From: Thecamonas trahens ATCC 50062
Lineage: Eukaryota > Protista > Apusomonadida
NCBI RefSeq assembly: GCF_000142905.1
Contig: NW_013657664.1
Location: forward strand, 338,133-402,132
Direction: 5' to 3'
DNA: 64,000 nucleotides
A program made the position numbers and the translations under genes. Below, piece by piece: positions 34,001 through 45,322 of the stretch; position 1 is the first letter of the stretch, and every line of letters starts with the position of its first letter. Under the pieces are notes generated by a model that had not been told where the DNA came from, did not search any database, and saw only the letters and a program-made list of their open reading frames with translations.

Positions 34001-35047
34001 GACCGTTCGTTGTCGCCGCCGCCATCCTCACACCCCGACGTTGGGCCCGCCTCTGACTCAAACTCGGACTTTATCGCCTACTCTGAATACGAGTCTGGTG
34101 TTCTTCCGACATCCATCGCAACGAGATCGGTTTGCCAGACAGAGTGGGAGGACTCGGGAACGACGGTGCCTGTGGCGCGGGCACGGTTGCCCATGACCGC
34201 GTCGGTCCGACGCACAGCCAGTCCGGTTGTAGCGGTGCCGTCGCACTTTGACTCGCAGCAGTTGACGACGACCTTGCTTGACATGTCTGCGTCGAGCATG
34301 CCAGAGCTTCCGTCCATGACAAGCTGTGGCTCACTGCCTGTAGTGGCCGAGGAACGAGCTCCCGGATCCGAGGCTGCGTCGAGCAAGGTCTCAGACGAGG
34401 TGTACACAGCCAAGGAAGTGACGCTCCTGCTGCGTACAGTTGTAGAACACATGTCCTCAGCGCTGGCTGTGGAGAAGTCGCCGGATGCGGTCGGGCTCGA
34501 TGCACAGCTCGCCAGCTACGATCCGCTTGCCGAGCTTGAGGCCCTTGTTCGGCGCTCACGTAAGGATGACGGCGGGCTGGCTTCGAGCGTCGCACTGCAA
34601 GAGGTTGTGGCCATGGTGCTGCGGCATGCGCAGCACTTGCAGCAGCTCCACGCCCACTACCGCAAGCAAATGGCCAAGGTACTCGGCTCGCTCCCGAGCA
34701 GCGGTGAGCCGCTTGCCGACGTCACCAACCGGCAGTTGTGGCCGTTGCCTGGCCTTGCGCCCAAGCGAAGCAACTCTCCCCCGCGAGCCCCGACCGAAGG
34801 CGCCGACTCGTTCCTGCAGCGCAACACGGCGTTCCTCGAGTCGCGCGATGAGCATCGCCAGCAGCTCCGGACACTCTATGCTCAGCAAGAGTCGCTCAAG
34901 TTTGAGCTCACGCTGCGGGCGACCCACAAGGTCGAACGGACCCATGTCGCGCTGCAGCCTATTGTCATGCCGGCGCCGCTCCTGCCACCAGACGAGATCC
35001 GGCGGCAGCACGGGGTGGAGCGCGCTTCCAAGAGCAACGCGGTGTAG
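31097..35047 (+). CDS. large low-complexity Ser/Arg-rich coiled-coil hypothetical protein
   Basis: Uninterrupted ORF of about 1316 aa with RS repeats and coiled-coil blocks; no recognisable domain. Confidence 0.7.
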   Translation: MADKVPDSLNRSLSHLDALTRARSKSPNRPSGSRHLVRTATRNRRLVDLGGEGMQRAGSMAGTLQQNMQLSMGNVMDSAPSEPMLDEPRTPRTPRTPGRRRSGGRREKPTSVSPKQARRGSGRRKRRESLSQETGIASFTSLRLSKANAENSRSISLNSPMTPVSFPLGASAGRLDGAAYRRAVTALAAMGDTAHITHASMLDACDEVVTATAGLETTLHEFGRLKDLFVGSDLPLALQLNATLAVSKVFRAKSELYEPIFKLIDMMRAISKPWQAREDSLNVIRSKLTTKNSELVQAYAELEHRQDELKAIKAKLNQSRWAAFAQALLNKQVAMTKFSAFEATVSSLRASLEKARRKVSSSASTQRQATAAALVERLARQRSSSLTLSSSQIQINTRAAVASAAIHARGAQLPPTTVIASPTHVDSASTGGTARTHSRSRAASRSRSRARSRSRTASRASSRPRSRSQARSRSRTRSRRSSISHSETLLDTSSVQASTKMTSQLAKDLIRMEQALRAASRESQRTLQSQRASDSIVSDSGLQNHDDDPRFSLSRGAATSKSALDVTALRKTGLSGVVSQVMLPSLSSPPVPEVFVSRMDSLASVASEVHHAAADNSMNTSISELVRTAPADGTFAAGSPMGARSASQTNEERRSHDDTGIERRTASGRRVRVRIQRANTSAAVLDLGHGHEPQPPPAAHRRRGARSPSRGGKRRRRSSVDAARELASSRVHTGNVLEVLGFEPAAGDIDDAINKIRVDAATMAHSKSTENVGLAPSTSPTPGSRVRPSSATRLDAKELGLKQADEEHDAVLVALRKKKDALESTTSQSGSRSPVRSNSRSRPRRASRTSLSPNPLPAPPQHGKPRLAQPVNTMVERPLSSSTKRRRSISVSNPSSRASSPERSTSNTPTNSCGAGVDESSSDTSIPSQRALESEHSSNSSSVSSSSSTSSTSRSSSDDSSRHSSLGNDRSLSPPPSSHPDVGPASDSNSDFIAYSEYESGVLPTSIATRSVCQTEWEDSGTTVPVARARLPMTASVRRTASPVVAVPSHFDSQQLTTTLLDMSASSMPELPSMTSCGSLPVVAEERAPGSEAASSKVSDEVYTAKEVTLLLRTVVEHMSSALAVEKSPDAVGLDAQLASYDPLAELEALVRRSRKDDGGLASSVALQEVVAMVLRHAQHLQQLHAHYRKQMAKVLGSLPSSGEPLADVTNRQLWPLPGLAPKRSNSPPRAPTEGADSFLQRNTAFLESRDEHRQQLRTLYAQQESLKFELTLRATHKVERTHVALQPIVMPAPLLPPDEIRRQHGVERASKSNAV

Positions 35048-35100
35048 ACGCGTGGTAAAAGTAGGCTGTTACTAGGACATGCTGCGACACATATGGTCGG

Positions 35101-35747
35101 TCAGTCGTCGAGCTCGTGCTCAGCACGGAGGGCCTTCATGGCCTCGTAGCATGCGGTGATGCGCGGGTAGGCACGGAAACAGTCCGAGGGGATGTAGTCG
35201 GCCTGGCCGGCGTCGTACATCTGGATGTAGCCATAGATCTTGAGGTCGGCGATGGTAGGGTGCGAGGCGACAGCAAAGGTGTCGGACTGCGTGTTCTTAG
35301 CAAGGATGGCCTCGACAGCCTCAAACCAGCGGGTGAGCGGGCCATCCAGGATCTCCTTTCGCATGGCCTTCTTCTTCTCTTCATCCTTCTCCCGTCCCGA
35401 CGAGCCGAACAGGTTGTACCCATCCTCCACCGCGCTCAGCAGCTCGTCGACTGCCAGCAGCGTATCCACGTTATCCGTCGGATACCAAAGGCTACCGCCG
35501 GACAATGCTCCCCGAAACGCCACATACCGCAGAATGGCGTTGCTCTGCGAGTACGTCCGCCCGGCCACCTCGGCCACAGGCAGCGAGCCAAACGGCAGCG
35601 CCCGGAGGCCTTGAGCTCGCCAAACTCGGTAAAGGTCACCCCTCGGTACTCGTGCGGCACGTTAGTGAGCTTGAGCAGATCCTTGATCGGTCCACCGCGT
35701 CCGTAAGCACCGGCAAAGTACGTCACAACAACAGGGGCGGTCGCCAT
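35101..35747 (-). CDS. glutathione S-transferase (sigma-like), with an apparent 1-nt frameshift
   Basis: VTYF..YGRG in one frame; LPFGSLPV..YSQSNAILRY..TIADL in another. Junction at a GGG run (35601-35603); one extra G restores SGALPFG. Confidence 0.85.
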
Positions 35748-35986
35748 AGCAATCTGTCCTCGTAGTCAGGTGCGGGTGCTGGCCCGTGTCGTACGCAAGA
35801 AAATGAAGCCGGGAGCAAGTCAGGAGTGAAGAGGGGGGAGGGGGGTGCGGAAAAAATATTTCATGACGGCGTATTGGTTGGCAACCAACTTGCGCCCTGT
35901 CTCCATATTGAAGGCCGTGCTGCCAATGAGTGTCGCACCACGCCTCCCTCGTCACCACCCACGACGACAACCAAGGACCTCACCTC

Positions 35987-35992
<6 letters not shown>

Positions 35993-36042
<50 letters not shown>
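35993..36042 (+). repeat. (CA)n microsatellite
   Basis: Direct reading; immediately before ATG 36045. Confidence 0.95.
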
Positions 36043-36044
<2 letters not shown>

Positions 36045-36045
<1 letters not shown>

Positions 36046-37472
36046 TGGACTCGGGCCGCATGGGTGCTGGGAGGATTGATGAAAGGTGGCGCCAAAGGAG
36101 GGTATGGAATGGACGGCTGGCAGAGAGGACAGCCACAGACGACGGCCTCGTGTGCCAGCTGCCTCGGCAGAGACACCGACTACACAACCAGGGCCGGCGG
36201 CGCAGAAGAAGGCAAGCACGGCAGCCGAAGCTGCTGACTTTGGTTGTGGCGTGCATTCTGGGGGCACTGTGGCTCTCGGGGTGCGGCGCAGCGGCTGGCG
36301 ACGTGGCCAGAGGCGCCATGGTGTTGCGCAACGGAACCGGGACTGACACGGCTCCGGAGGTGGTCCACAAAAAGAGCGGTCCATCGCTCCCTGTTGTTGT
36401 CGTTGTCTGTCTCATTCTTATCGCCTTTGGCTGCCTCTGCCTCCTACCTGCGCTGGTGTGGCAGAGCTACATGCTCCGACGACGCAAGCCTGTTCAGGCT
36501 GCTGATGCGCTCGCGGCGTCGCGGGTCTCGCTGCCGTCCGACTATGAGGGGAGCAACGTGGCCACGCCCGGGCGAACGCGAGACGTCATGGCGTCGCATG
36601 GCCACTTGCGACGGATGTCTGTCGACATCGATTCAGACTGGTCGGATGATCGGGCGATGCGTCCGCAACAGCCGCTGTTTCATTCTCCGTCGGCGGTGCG
36701 GCGGTCGGGCTCGCTCCTCTCGCCGCAGCCTTCGATCGAGGCCTTCACCTCGGACTCGGACAATCCGTCGCTGCTTGGCGGAGAGCTCCATGGCTCCAAG
36801 TCGCGCTTGCGGGCGACAGCGATGTTGCCACCGGCGAGAATACTGCGGCGCCACTCGGGCGCGGAGGCGATGAACCTCGACGCTGTGCGGCAGCTGTCTA
36901 GCACGGCCTCCATCTCGATGCCGTTCCCGCGCAACAGCGCGGCGTCGCTCCTGCGCTCACCATCGCATGATTTGGGTGGCCTTGTTCAGTCCAAGTCGAC
37001 GTCGTCCATGCCCGACGTCGGTACCGTGCCCATTATCGGTGGTGGGACGTTCCAAGTGCCACCGGCCGTGCTCCGCAACGTCGGCCACTCGCGGGCTGGA
37101 ACGGCGTCATCGATCCACGACAGCTCGGTCAACGGGTTGATGGTGACAGGCGAGATTGTCAGCGCGTCGTCACCGAGGAGGACCGTCTCTTCGCTCGCCA
37201 ACTCGAGCATGCTCTCAAGCTCGTCCAGCTCGAGCATCCAGTCGGCGTCGTCATCGTCGTCGACGATGACGACGGGCGCAGACGCAACGCGGACGGCCTC
37301 GATGTCATTAACGTCACGTGCGACACCGCGTGTGCTCACTCAGTCGGCGCCGCGAATGGGCAACAGGCTATCGCCACGCCGGGGGTCACCACGCCAGGCG
37401 TCGTCGTCGCGGGACCCGTCACCGTCCTCGTCGGCGCTGCCCACACCGACAGACACCCCCCGTCTTGCCTGA
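36045..37472 (+). CDS. hypothetical membrane protein with Ser-rich cytoplasmic tail
   Basis: Two hydrophobic segments (LLTLVVACILGALWL; VVVVVCLILIAFGCLCLLPALVW) followed by RRRK stop-transfer. Confidence 0.65.
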
Positions 37473-37492
37473 GCGAGGCGAGCGGTCTTCGT

Positions 37493-38793
37493 TTAGACGG
37501 TGCTACACGTTGAGACTCGGCGCAGCACGAGCCACAACCTTGGGGAGAGCTTGATGCTGCGGACAGCGGCAAAGAGGTCGGCGTCCGATGTGTCGTGCGG
37601 GAGCCGGCCCGAGAGCAGCAGCATGGCGCCCTCAAAGTCCTCGGCCAACAGCTGGTCGCGAAGGTACAAGAGGATGCCGAGCGCCATGTGAAAGATAAAG
37701 ACCTGGCCGTGGATGAAGAGATAGTCCCACGCGTGGGCAGCGAGATCGAGGGGCAGCGCCCGCGCGAACAGGGTCATGACCCATGGCACGAGGTAAAGGT
37801 TTGGCTGGAGGCCAACGGCATCGAGGTGGATGGCGAGGTCTGGCAAGACCTCGTGAGCGAGAGCATTGAACTCATCCATCCACCGAGACAGCTCGTCGGT
37901 TTCGAGCCGAAAGAACGCTGCCAGCAGTGGCATGTTGAGAAGGGTGCAAAAGGCGACAAAGGCGTCGTAGAGCGGAAGATTGAGAAGGAGAAGCGCAGCA
38001 GGGAACGACATGCCCTGCACATACCCCATATCGGGTCGGTAGCAGACAAAGGCGCCAAGCACGTCACGGAGCTGGTCATGCATCGGGCCGCCCTCGTCAA
38101 AGATCGAGAGCTCTGGATAGGTGCGTGGGAGATCGAGGTAGATGCCGAGCAACGAGTGCTCGCGCGGCGCAAGGCTCGTCTCGCCGTCGGCCGCCCCGCT
38201 CTGACGCGCAGCCCGTGCCAGACTGTGTGCCTCGCTCGCCTTGCTCCGCAGAATGTCGAACAGATCCGGAGTGATTGATAACGGGTTGCCCAGCGCCGCC
38301 GCCCACACCCGCGGCCTCGCCGACGACGGCACGCCCAGCCGCAGCAGCTCGGCCACCTTTTTGCGCTGCTTCTTGCTTGCGCCCGCTCCCAGGCCATTGC
38401 CATGGATAAGCTCCATCCATGCTGCCTTGGACGAGACCAGCTTGTCCTCCCGCCGCGTCGCAGCCTTCCTGCTCTTGGCCTCGGCAGCGGCGGCCTGCTT
38501 CTTCATCTTACGCACAAGCTTGGCGTGCCGCGCTGCCTCGGCCCGTGACTTTGGCGGCAGCGATCTGCAGCTCCAGGCGTGTGAGTGCGGGGAGAGGAGG
38601 GAGAAGGGGGGGGGGGGGGGGGAGAGAGGGGCGGTCAAGCGACGTACTCGGGTCGGGCAGACGCCACCTCGGGCGAGTACGGGTCGGGGTCGGGGTCGGA
38701 CCCCGAGCCTACAGCCAGGCGAGAAGGAGTGGTCGGCAGAGGCTGGGCAGTCAATGTAGCCGGAGCTTCGTCATGCGTCCCCTCTGCACCCAT
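37493..38793 (-). CDS. TBC-domain Rab GAP (TBC1D12/14-like)
   Basis: RPESLPPKS after splicing intron 38647-38565 (GTACGT..CAG); IYLDLPRT (R finger), YVQGM (Q finger). Start uncertain. Confidence 0.9.
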
Positions 38794-39472
38794 GCCGCCC
38801 GCACCAGGCTCGATGCCCGCACCAGCCTCGGCACTGCCGTCGCCTTCCGTCCACGACAAGCTTGCCGAGCCCCGTCGGCGCTTGACAAGCCATCCCACGA
38901 CATATGTGCCGTCTGTGGCTGTGAGGCTGTGAGGCTGTGAGGCTGTGAGCCTACGGCTTTGAGCGTTGAGTGTGCCCTGCCAGAAAAGACCATGCCCATG
39001 GCCATGACCGAAAGAGGTCGGACACGGCAGCTGTCGCGGACGTTCTGCTCGGTCAACATCAGCTCCAAGCAAAGAACGCGCTGCATCCGTCTGCCGTCCA
39101 CGCCGTCCACTCGGAGGTCGCTAGCCTCGAGTTTCTGTATGGACAGCGCGTGGATGGCGGCAGGGTCCGCGCCGGCCCTCCTGGCCGTGGGCGATCATCG
39201 CCACCAAGTCACCATCGGTGCCGATGGCCTCGATCAGCGCCAAGGCGAGCATGTCCATGTGGAGGCCACCGAAGCCTGGCAGCCGATGCAGCTATCCTGT
39301 GCCGCCTCCGCAAACACAATCTGCATCAGCAGCAAGCGCCGCCGTCGACCATGCCGGCCTTGGCAGAGAAGGCGACTCGTTCGCTGCATTTGCACTTTAC
39401 GACCTTTTTTCGCCCAGTCGCTCGCCTTCCGTCCCCCTCCACCGCCCACACCTCTCTTTCTCGTCCACTGCC

Positions 39473-40642
39473 ATGGGTGACGAGGTCTCGGCTCGCTTGC
39501 CGCTCAAGGACATTGCCGAGGACGCGGCCGGGTCGGCCTTGGCGGTGGTGCGGGACGTGACCCGCCAGGCGCTAGAGCAGCTCGCAGGGACGCTGCTGGC
39601 GGAGGCCACGGCGCGGTGTGAGACGGCAGGCGCGGCGGCAGAAGCTCGCGCCGCCAGGCTCGAGACCGAGCTAGCTCGCACGCGAGAGCTGCTGCAGAAG
39701 AGCGAGGAGGAGCGTGCAAAGCTGAAGCGCCGAGTCGACGAGCTCGTGGGAATAGTGAGCGGGAAGAGGGCTGAGCACAGCGAGCGGAAGCGGAAGCGGA
39801 AGCGGGCAGTCGAGGCGGCGACGACAATGACGGATGCAGCAGCAGCGCCACCCCCGCGGGAGGACCGAGCGCAGAAGATGCGCGCGGCTGCGCCTGTGAT
39901 CGACGTCTTGGACGATGTTGAGTCAGGCTCGCCGCCGCCGGCCAAGAAGCCGCGGAGCCGCAAGTCGAAAAAGGCGCTCAAGCTCCGTGGGCGGAGGGTG
40001 TACAACCGCGACGACGAGCAGAGCGTGGGGAGCCCAGCGTCGGTCGCCACCATTCCGCCGCCGGCGGCGTTTCCGGCGATGGCGCGGTCGACATCGATCA
40101 CACCCGGGCGCGATGCAACGCGGCCAGCGGCGGGCAGCTGCAACGACATTGACGACTCGCCGTCCAAGCCGCGGCCGGCGGTCCGGACGACGCGCTCGCC
40201 CGACTTTGCCTACAACGAGGTGGTCCGCAACCGCGCTGAGCGGTCGCGACTCCAAGGCTTTACCTGCGAGATGTGCAAGGCATTTTACGAGGCGTGCGGC
40301 GTGTTCAATGACAACTGCGAGCACGACGCCGTCGTTCAGGCCGCTTCGCGCCACCGCGCACGCTATCCCAAGCCGGCCACGCCCGAAGGATACTGGCAAA
40401 TCGGATTCTCGTCGTCGGCCGAGGCCATCGACCTCTCGCCGGCCAACCCGCCGTCGCCGCGCCCGCCGCCACAAGAGGCCCACCTCCGACTCGAGTCGCC
40501 GCCGCCGCCCGACATGCCAGACTGGCGGCGCGCCGCCACTGGCTTTGGCTCACTCGACAGCTCAACCATGGCGCCAGCCTCGGCCTCGTCGGTCTCGTCG
40601 GTGGCAGTTGACATGGACGCTATCACCCAGGCCACGCGCTGA
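39473..40642 (+). CDS. RBBP8: DNA end-resection factor CtIP/Ctp1/Sae2 (COM1)
   Basis: N-terminal coiled coil; C-terminal YNEVVR..R..L.G..CEMC..FY, SRHR, TPEGYW. Confidence 0.9.
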   Translation: MGDEVSARLPLKDIAEDAAGSALAVVRDVTRQALEQLAGTLLAEATARCETAGAAAEARAARLETELARTRELLQKSEEERAKLKRRVDELVGIVSGKRAEHSERKRKRKRAVEAATTMTDAAAAPPPREDRAQKMRAAAPVIDVLDDVESGSPPPAKKPRSRKSKKALKLRGRRVYNRDDEQSVGSPASVATIPPPAAFPAMARSTSITPGRDATRPAAGSCNDIDDSPSKPRPAVRTTRSPDFAYNEVVRNRAERSRLQGFTCEMCKAFYEACGVFNDNCEHDAVVQAASRHRARYPKPATPEGYWQIGFSSSAEAIDLSPANPPSPRPPPQEAHLRLESPPPPDMPDWRRAATGFGSLDSSTMAPASASSVSSVAVDMDAITQATR

Positions 40643-40658
40643 GGTCAGAGCAGCCGGT

Positions 40659-42755
40659 TTACTCAAACTCAGCCGCCGACCGATACTCGCCCACGTCCAT
40701 GAGGTGGTTGACGAGGCACTCAATGAACGGATCTTTGCTGACAGTCTCAACATCGCACACCACGACGACCAGCTTGCGCGCTCGGGTCACCGCCACGTTG
40801 AGCCGGCGCTGCTCGGCGAGGAACCCGAGCTCGCCATTGTCGTTGGACCGCACCAGCGAGAGCACAATCGCCTCCTTTTCCATGCCCTGGAACGAGTCGA
40901 CGGTCCCAATGTGGACGCCTGTGTAGCGATCGTCGGCAAGCACGCTCCGCAGGTGCCCGACCTGGGCGTTGTAAGGGGTGATGATGCCAACTGTGTCAGG
41001 GCTAAGCCCTGCATCAAGCAGCTCGTCCACCATGCCGGCCACTGCTTGCGCCTCGCCGGGGTTGTACTTGGAGCCCGAGTCGTCGTCGGCCACCTCCCAC
41101 ATGTCGCACCCGGTCGAGTCGACCACAACCGCCGGCGCCAGCGTTGTCTCGGTCTCAGCCACTCCCGGCAAGTCGGCAAGCACCGCGGCGGCGACAGACT
41201 CGTGCGCCTCCAGCTCGCCGCCGTACATGGCCGCCGATGCCCACTCGCACACCGCAGCGTGCATCCGGTACTGGACCTTGAGCATGTGGCCGGCGGTGCC
41301 GTCGTGCATGGCCATCAGCCGATCAAATAGCGTCGTTTCCAGGCGAGCCTGGACCTCCTTTCGACTGCTCTTGATCGTCGGTGGGAGCTGCTTGTGGTCG
41401 CCAGCGAGGATGGCACGTTTGCCCTTGAGCAGCGGGATCCAGCACGAGGCTTCAAGCGCCTGGGCGGCCTCGTCAATGATGACGACGTCAAAGTGGCGTG
41501 ACCGCAGCGTCCGCGAGTCGGCGCCTTGGCTGGTGGCGAGGACCACCTGTGCCCGGCCGACGACGTAGTCAACAACCCGACCCTCGCGCTCGCGCGCCTC
41601 CTTACGCAGCGCCCGATTCTCGCTGTAGAGCTTGCGCGCCTCACCCCGGTTCCGCGTCTTGCTCACCGCCCGCAGATTGGCGTCCATCTCAGCCCGAATG
41701 TCAGCAACGAGCGCCGCCCCGTCCGATGCCGCCGCCTTGGCGTCGAGGCAATGGTTGAGAACTTGCGGGAGGAGCCTTGCGGGGTGCCCAACCCGGACAA
41801 CGTCCACGCCCGACGCGATGAGGCCAAGCGCAAGGTTGTCAACCGCCACGTTTGACGGTGCCGTCGCCAGGATCCGTGTCTCGGGTGCGCGCAGCAGGAT
41901 CTGGTGCACGATCTCGACGAGCGTCGTTGTCTTGCCGGTCCCTGGTGGGCCATGCACAAGAAACACGTCCTGCGACGCCAGTGCCAGTGCCACCGCTTCT
42001 TGTTGAGACGCATTGAGAGTCGCATTGACCCACGGCAGCTCGCCACAGCTCGCTATCGCCGCCTCGCGCGACGGGCTCCAGCACGGCTTCCGCCCCTCAA
42101 AAGCAACGCCAATCACCGCCTGCCCACACTCTGGGCCCGAGCGCCGAGTCGGATCGCTCAGCCTGTTGAGTGCAATGAACATTCGCTTGAACGAGACCGT
42201 GTTGGCGAGCTTGTCGAGCCGAACAACGCCACGGAGAACCTCGGCGGCTTCGTCCTCGCTCGCACTTGCACCCTCGAACGACTTTAGCGCAACAACCAGG
42301 GCATCGTCAGCAACGCGCACGACAACGCCCGTCACTCGCCGGACACCGTCGCCTCCGCGATCACTTTCACTCCCACTGCGATCGGCCTTGCTCTTGCTGC
42401 TCTTGCCGCCCTTGCGGCTCGCCGCGCTCGCGCTCGCGCTCGCCCCGCCCTTGCTCGCGCGGACGAGGGTGACCACGTCACCGGGCGTGAACGAGTGCGG
42501 CGGAAGGTCTGGCACGTTGGCGTTTGTCGCCCGCAGTGTCACCACCGTATGGCCACCCATACCCGTCCGCGACTCGGCCGCAACCAGGCTCGCCAGGCAC
42601 ACGCCCCGGGCCTCCAGCGCCCGAGCCGACAGCCGCGCCTGCGCCGCCGACAGCTCAGCCACCTCTTCGCCTTGCTCGGCCTCCAGCGCCTTGACCATGG
42701 CATCTGCCCATGTGACAACACTGTCTTCCCTGGGCGTCCTCCCTGCAGCCGCCAT
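40659..42755 (-). CDS. IGHMBP2: SF1 helicase IGHMBP2/SMUBP-2/Hcs1
   Basis: LNASQ, GPPGTGKT, APSNVAVDN, RVGHPAR, DEAAQALE, GDHKQLPP, QYRM, VDSFQGME, RRLNVAVTRAR. Confidence 0.95.
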   Translation of the reverse strand: MAAAGRTPREDSVVTWADAMVKALEAEQGEEVAELSAAQARLSARALEARGVCLASLVAAESRTGMGGHTVVTLRATNANVPDLPPHSFTPGDVVTLVRASKGGASASASAASRKGGKSSKSKADRSGSESDRGGDGVRRVTGVVVRVADDALVVALKSFEGASASEDEAAEVLRGVVRLDKLANTVSFKRMFIALNRLSDPTRRSGPECGQAVIGVAFEGRKPCWSPSREAAIASCGELPWVNATLNASQQEAVALALASQDVFLVHGPPGTGKTTTLVEIVHQILLRAPETRILATAPSNVAVDNLALGLIASGVDVVRVGHPARLLPQVLNHCLDAKAAASDGAALVADIRAEMDANLRAVSKTRNRGEARKLYSENRALRKEAREREGRVVDYVVGRAQVVLATSQGADSRTLRSRHFDVVIIDEAAQALEASCWIPLLKGKRAILAGDHKQLPPTIKSSRKEVQARLETTLFDRLMAMHDGTAGHMLKVQYRMHAAVCEWASAAMYGGELEAHESVAAAVLADLPGVAETETTLAPAVVVDSTGCDMWEVADDDSGSKYNPGEAQAVAGMVDELLDAGLSPDTVGIITPYNAQVGHLRSVLADDRYTGVHIGTVDSFQGMEKEAIVLSLVRSNDNGELGFLAEQRRLNVAVTRARKLVVVVCDVETVSKDPFIECLVNHLMDVGEYRSAAEFE

Positions 42756-42937
42756 CTGTATGCTCCTTCCCGTCCCGGGTCGAGTGTGCCGGTCGCTGCA
42801 GCGGCCACGGCCTGCGTTGGCTGTGGGCGGGCAGAACCACGACCTTTTTAAAATCCACGAGTCGAGGCGCCGCTCGCTCTCGCACCAGGTTCCGCCCCGC
42901 CTCGGCACCCCTCCCTCCGCTGCGCCTGGTCCTCGCC

Positions 42938-44313
42938 ATGCGGAGCCTGGCGGCATGGGAGCACAAGTGGCGGGCCGAGAAAGAGGAGCGCTTGCTGGGG
43001 CGGACACCCGCATACGCGGCTCCACCGGGTGTGCGGGCATGGTGGGATGCTGCGGTGGGACAGAGCTCGCTGGACTCGCCGCATGATCGCGGGCCTGGCA
43101 GCAGCCGCTGCCAACACGCTCTGGTCCCTTCCAGCCTCAGCACCACAGCTTCGGCTCCGCCATCGGCATCGGTCGACCTGGCGCCTGTCGGCGGCTCACT
43201 GGTGGCCTCTGTCGAGCTGGGTGGACGCGATGATGGACGCGATGGCGGACGCGGCGACAGTGTCGCTGGCGGCGGCGATGCCGGTGGCGGTGGCGACGGC
43301 GATGGCGATGTCAGTGGCGATGTCAGTGGCGATGACGGTGGCTCGCTTTTATCGCCGCCGCTGGTGGCCAATGGCCACGACGGGGCACGGGATGCAGAGT
43401 CCCGGGGCAGGAGCGGAAGCGGGGCGGGAGTGGGAGCGGAAGCACGCCGCACACGCTGACGGCGTCGCTGCTAGCGTGCGTCGCTGCCGGACCGCTGTTG
43501 CCTCTGTCGGCAGTCGTCTCGCTCGACGACGCAGCGCTTCCGCCGACGGCGGCTATGGTCGTCAACCAGCCGCAAGTCGACATTCTGCATGGTGTGCTGA
43601 CGGCGGATGCTGTGAATGCAGCAGCTGCTCCGCTCTCGCCGTATGCGCGGACAAGCCATGCGCTGCTCCTGGCGCGGCTAGCAACGTCGCGCGAGGCAGC
43701 GCAAGCAGAAATGGTGGCTGCAGTCGACGCGCTTGGCCCGCTTCGACTGCATCCGTGCGCTGCAGCCGCCGAGATCACCGCGCCGATGGCGGCGGCGTTG
43801 GCGGCGTCGCTGACCGAGTCGGGCGAGTTTACGCGGGTAGCTGTTACCGGCGCGCTGGCCCGCGGAGCGGTGGCGGCGGGTTTGTACGATTTCGTAGTGT
43901 GTGCGCGTGAGAGTGCTGAATGGCTTGACGAGCCTGTTGCTACTGCAGAAGTGCTGGGCGAGCTCCTTGCAAGCCACTTTGGCCGGCGAGTGTGTGTCGA
44001 GCTCGAGGATGTGCTCCATCCACGGCGGGTGGTGTTTGCGGCTGACGGCGTCCGCATCGACATCAAGGTCGGATTCGGTGCCGGCTTTGACCCACTCGTC
44101 CTAGCCTACACCGGCATCCACAGCTGTGGCTCGCTCCGCATCGACGACCACTCGCCAGAGCACGCGTGGCTGAGCGAGGTGGCGACGGGAAGCAGCGGGT
44201 CGCGGCCGCGACACATGCTTGGGCTGGACTCGGCGGCCGCCCGGCTTGCTGCCGCCTATCTGCCCGTGTTCCAGACACCGCGCGTCAAAATGAGAGCGCG
44301 ACCAGCTCCTTGA
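42938..44313 (+). CDS. hypothetical protein with a degenerate Pol-beta-superfamily nucleotidyltransferase-like domain (probable frameshift at about 43421-43424)
   Basis: The frame of ORF 43498-44313 is open back to 43336; one extra G in GGGG gives a continuous SGSGGGSGSGS linker joining ORF 42938. Motifs RVAVTGALARG..LYDFVV and VRIDIK. Confidence 0.5.
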
Positions 44314-45282
44314 CGGTCTCCAGCTCCATGCCAACGGCGCCGACGAGGACGACGCCGTTCATGGTCTCGCCGTCGCGCTCGATCATGAGATCGAGGAGCG
44401 CGCCTGGGCGGGCAAGATCGGACATCGCCCGGCCAAAGGCGGCGCGGGTGTTGGTCTCGACCTCGTTGACAGAGAGAATGATGTCGCCGCTGCGGATGCC
44501 AGCCTTGTGTGCAGGGTGGCCCGGGTGCGCAGCGGCAACAACGACACCTGGCCGCGAAGGTCCGCGTGCCGGACCCTTGTCCGCGAGCCGGATACCAACA
44601 AGCGGCTTGGCTGTTGCGAGCGCCTGCTGCGCCGCGTAGTGCTTGTCCTCGTGTGCCACAATGAGCGACGACGGAATCCACTTGCCGCACAGCGTACACT
44701 CTTGGAGCGCAGGGCAGAACGGGACGTGGTCCGACATGGCCAGCGAGCCCAGCTCGCCGCCGCACTCTTGGCATCGCCCAGGGCCCGCGCCAGCAAACGG
44801 TGGCGCAGCAGATGATGAAACTCGCTGCGGCGAACCTATCGCAGCCGTGGGCACAGGTGCGGGTGTAGGCGTAGGTGCAGGCGCAGGGGCGATTCCAGGT
44901 GACGCGCGCGCCACCGCCCGCACCAGCAGCGGTGAGGCCGGGAGCTCGACGCCGTTGGCCACAATGTGCAGGTCGACGTCGCCGGGCACAAAGACCGTGA
45001 GCCGGACCTGGACGGTGGCCTCGCCAAGCTCGGTGGCCACAACCGACGACGGAAGCGCGCTGCGTCCATCGTTTGCACCGGGAGCGCTGACGTACGCCTG
45101 CACGTTGGCGCCGGCGACAAAGAGCGCAGACGTAAAGTTGAGCTCGGCTGTCTCGCCCGCCTGCAGTTCAAAGTGCGGCGCTGGAGGAGGCGGCGCCGGA
45201 GATGCGGCCGAGCCTGGGAACTCCATCTCGGGTGTGGGCTGCGACGGCGGCGCGATCGGTGACGGCATGTGGTCCGGGGTTT

Positions 45283-45322
<40 letters not shown>

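Noticed and set aside
35595-35610. Programmed frameshifting or pseudogenisation in GST (also at about 43422 and about 49233)
   Set aside because: All three breaks are single missing bases in G/C homopolymer runs with otherwise intact genes, most simply explained as sequencing errors; no slippery heptamer seen.
38950-39470. Coding-looking sequence between TBC and CtIP
   Set aside because: Short ORFs in several frames with no recognisable motif; cannot support a gene or pseudogene call.
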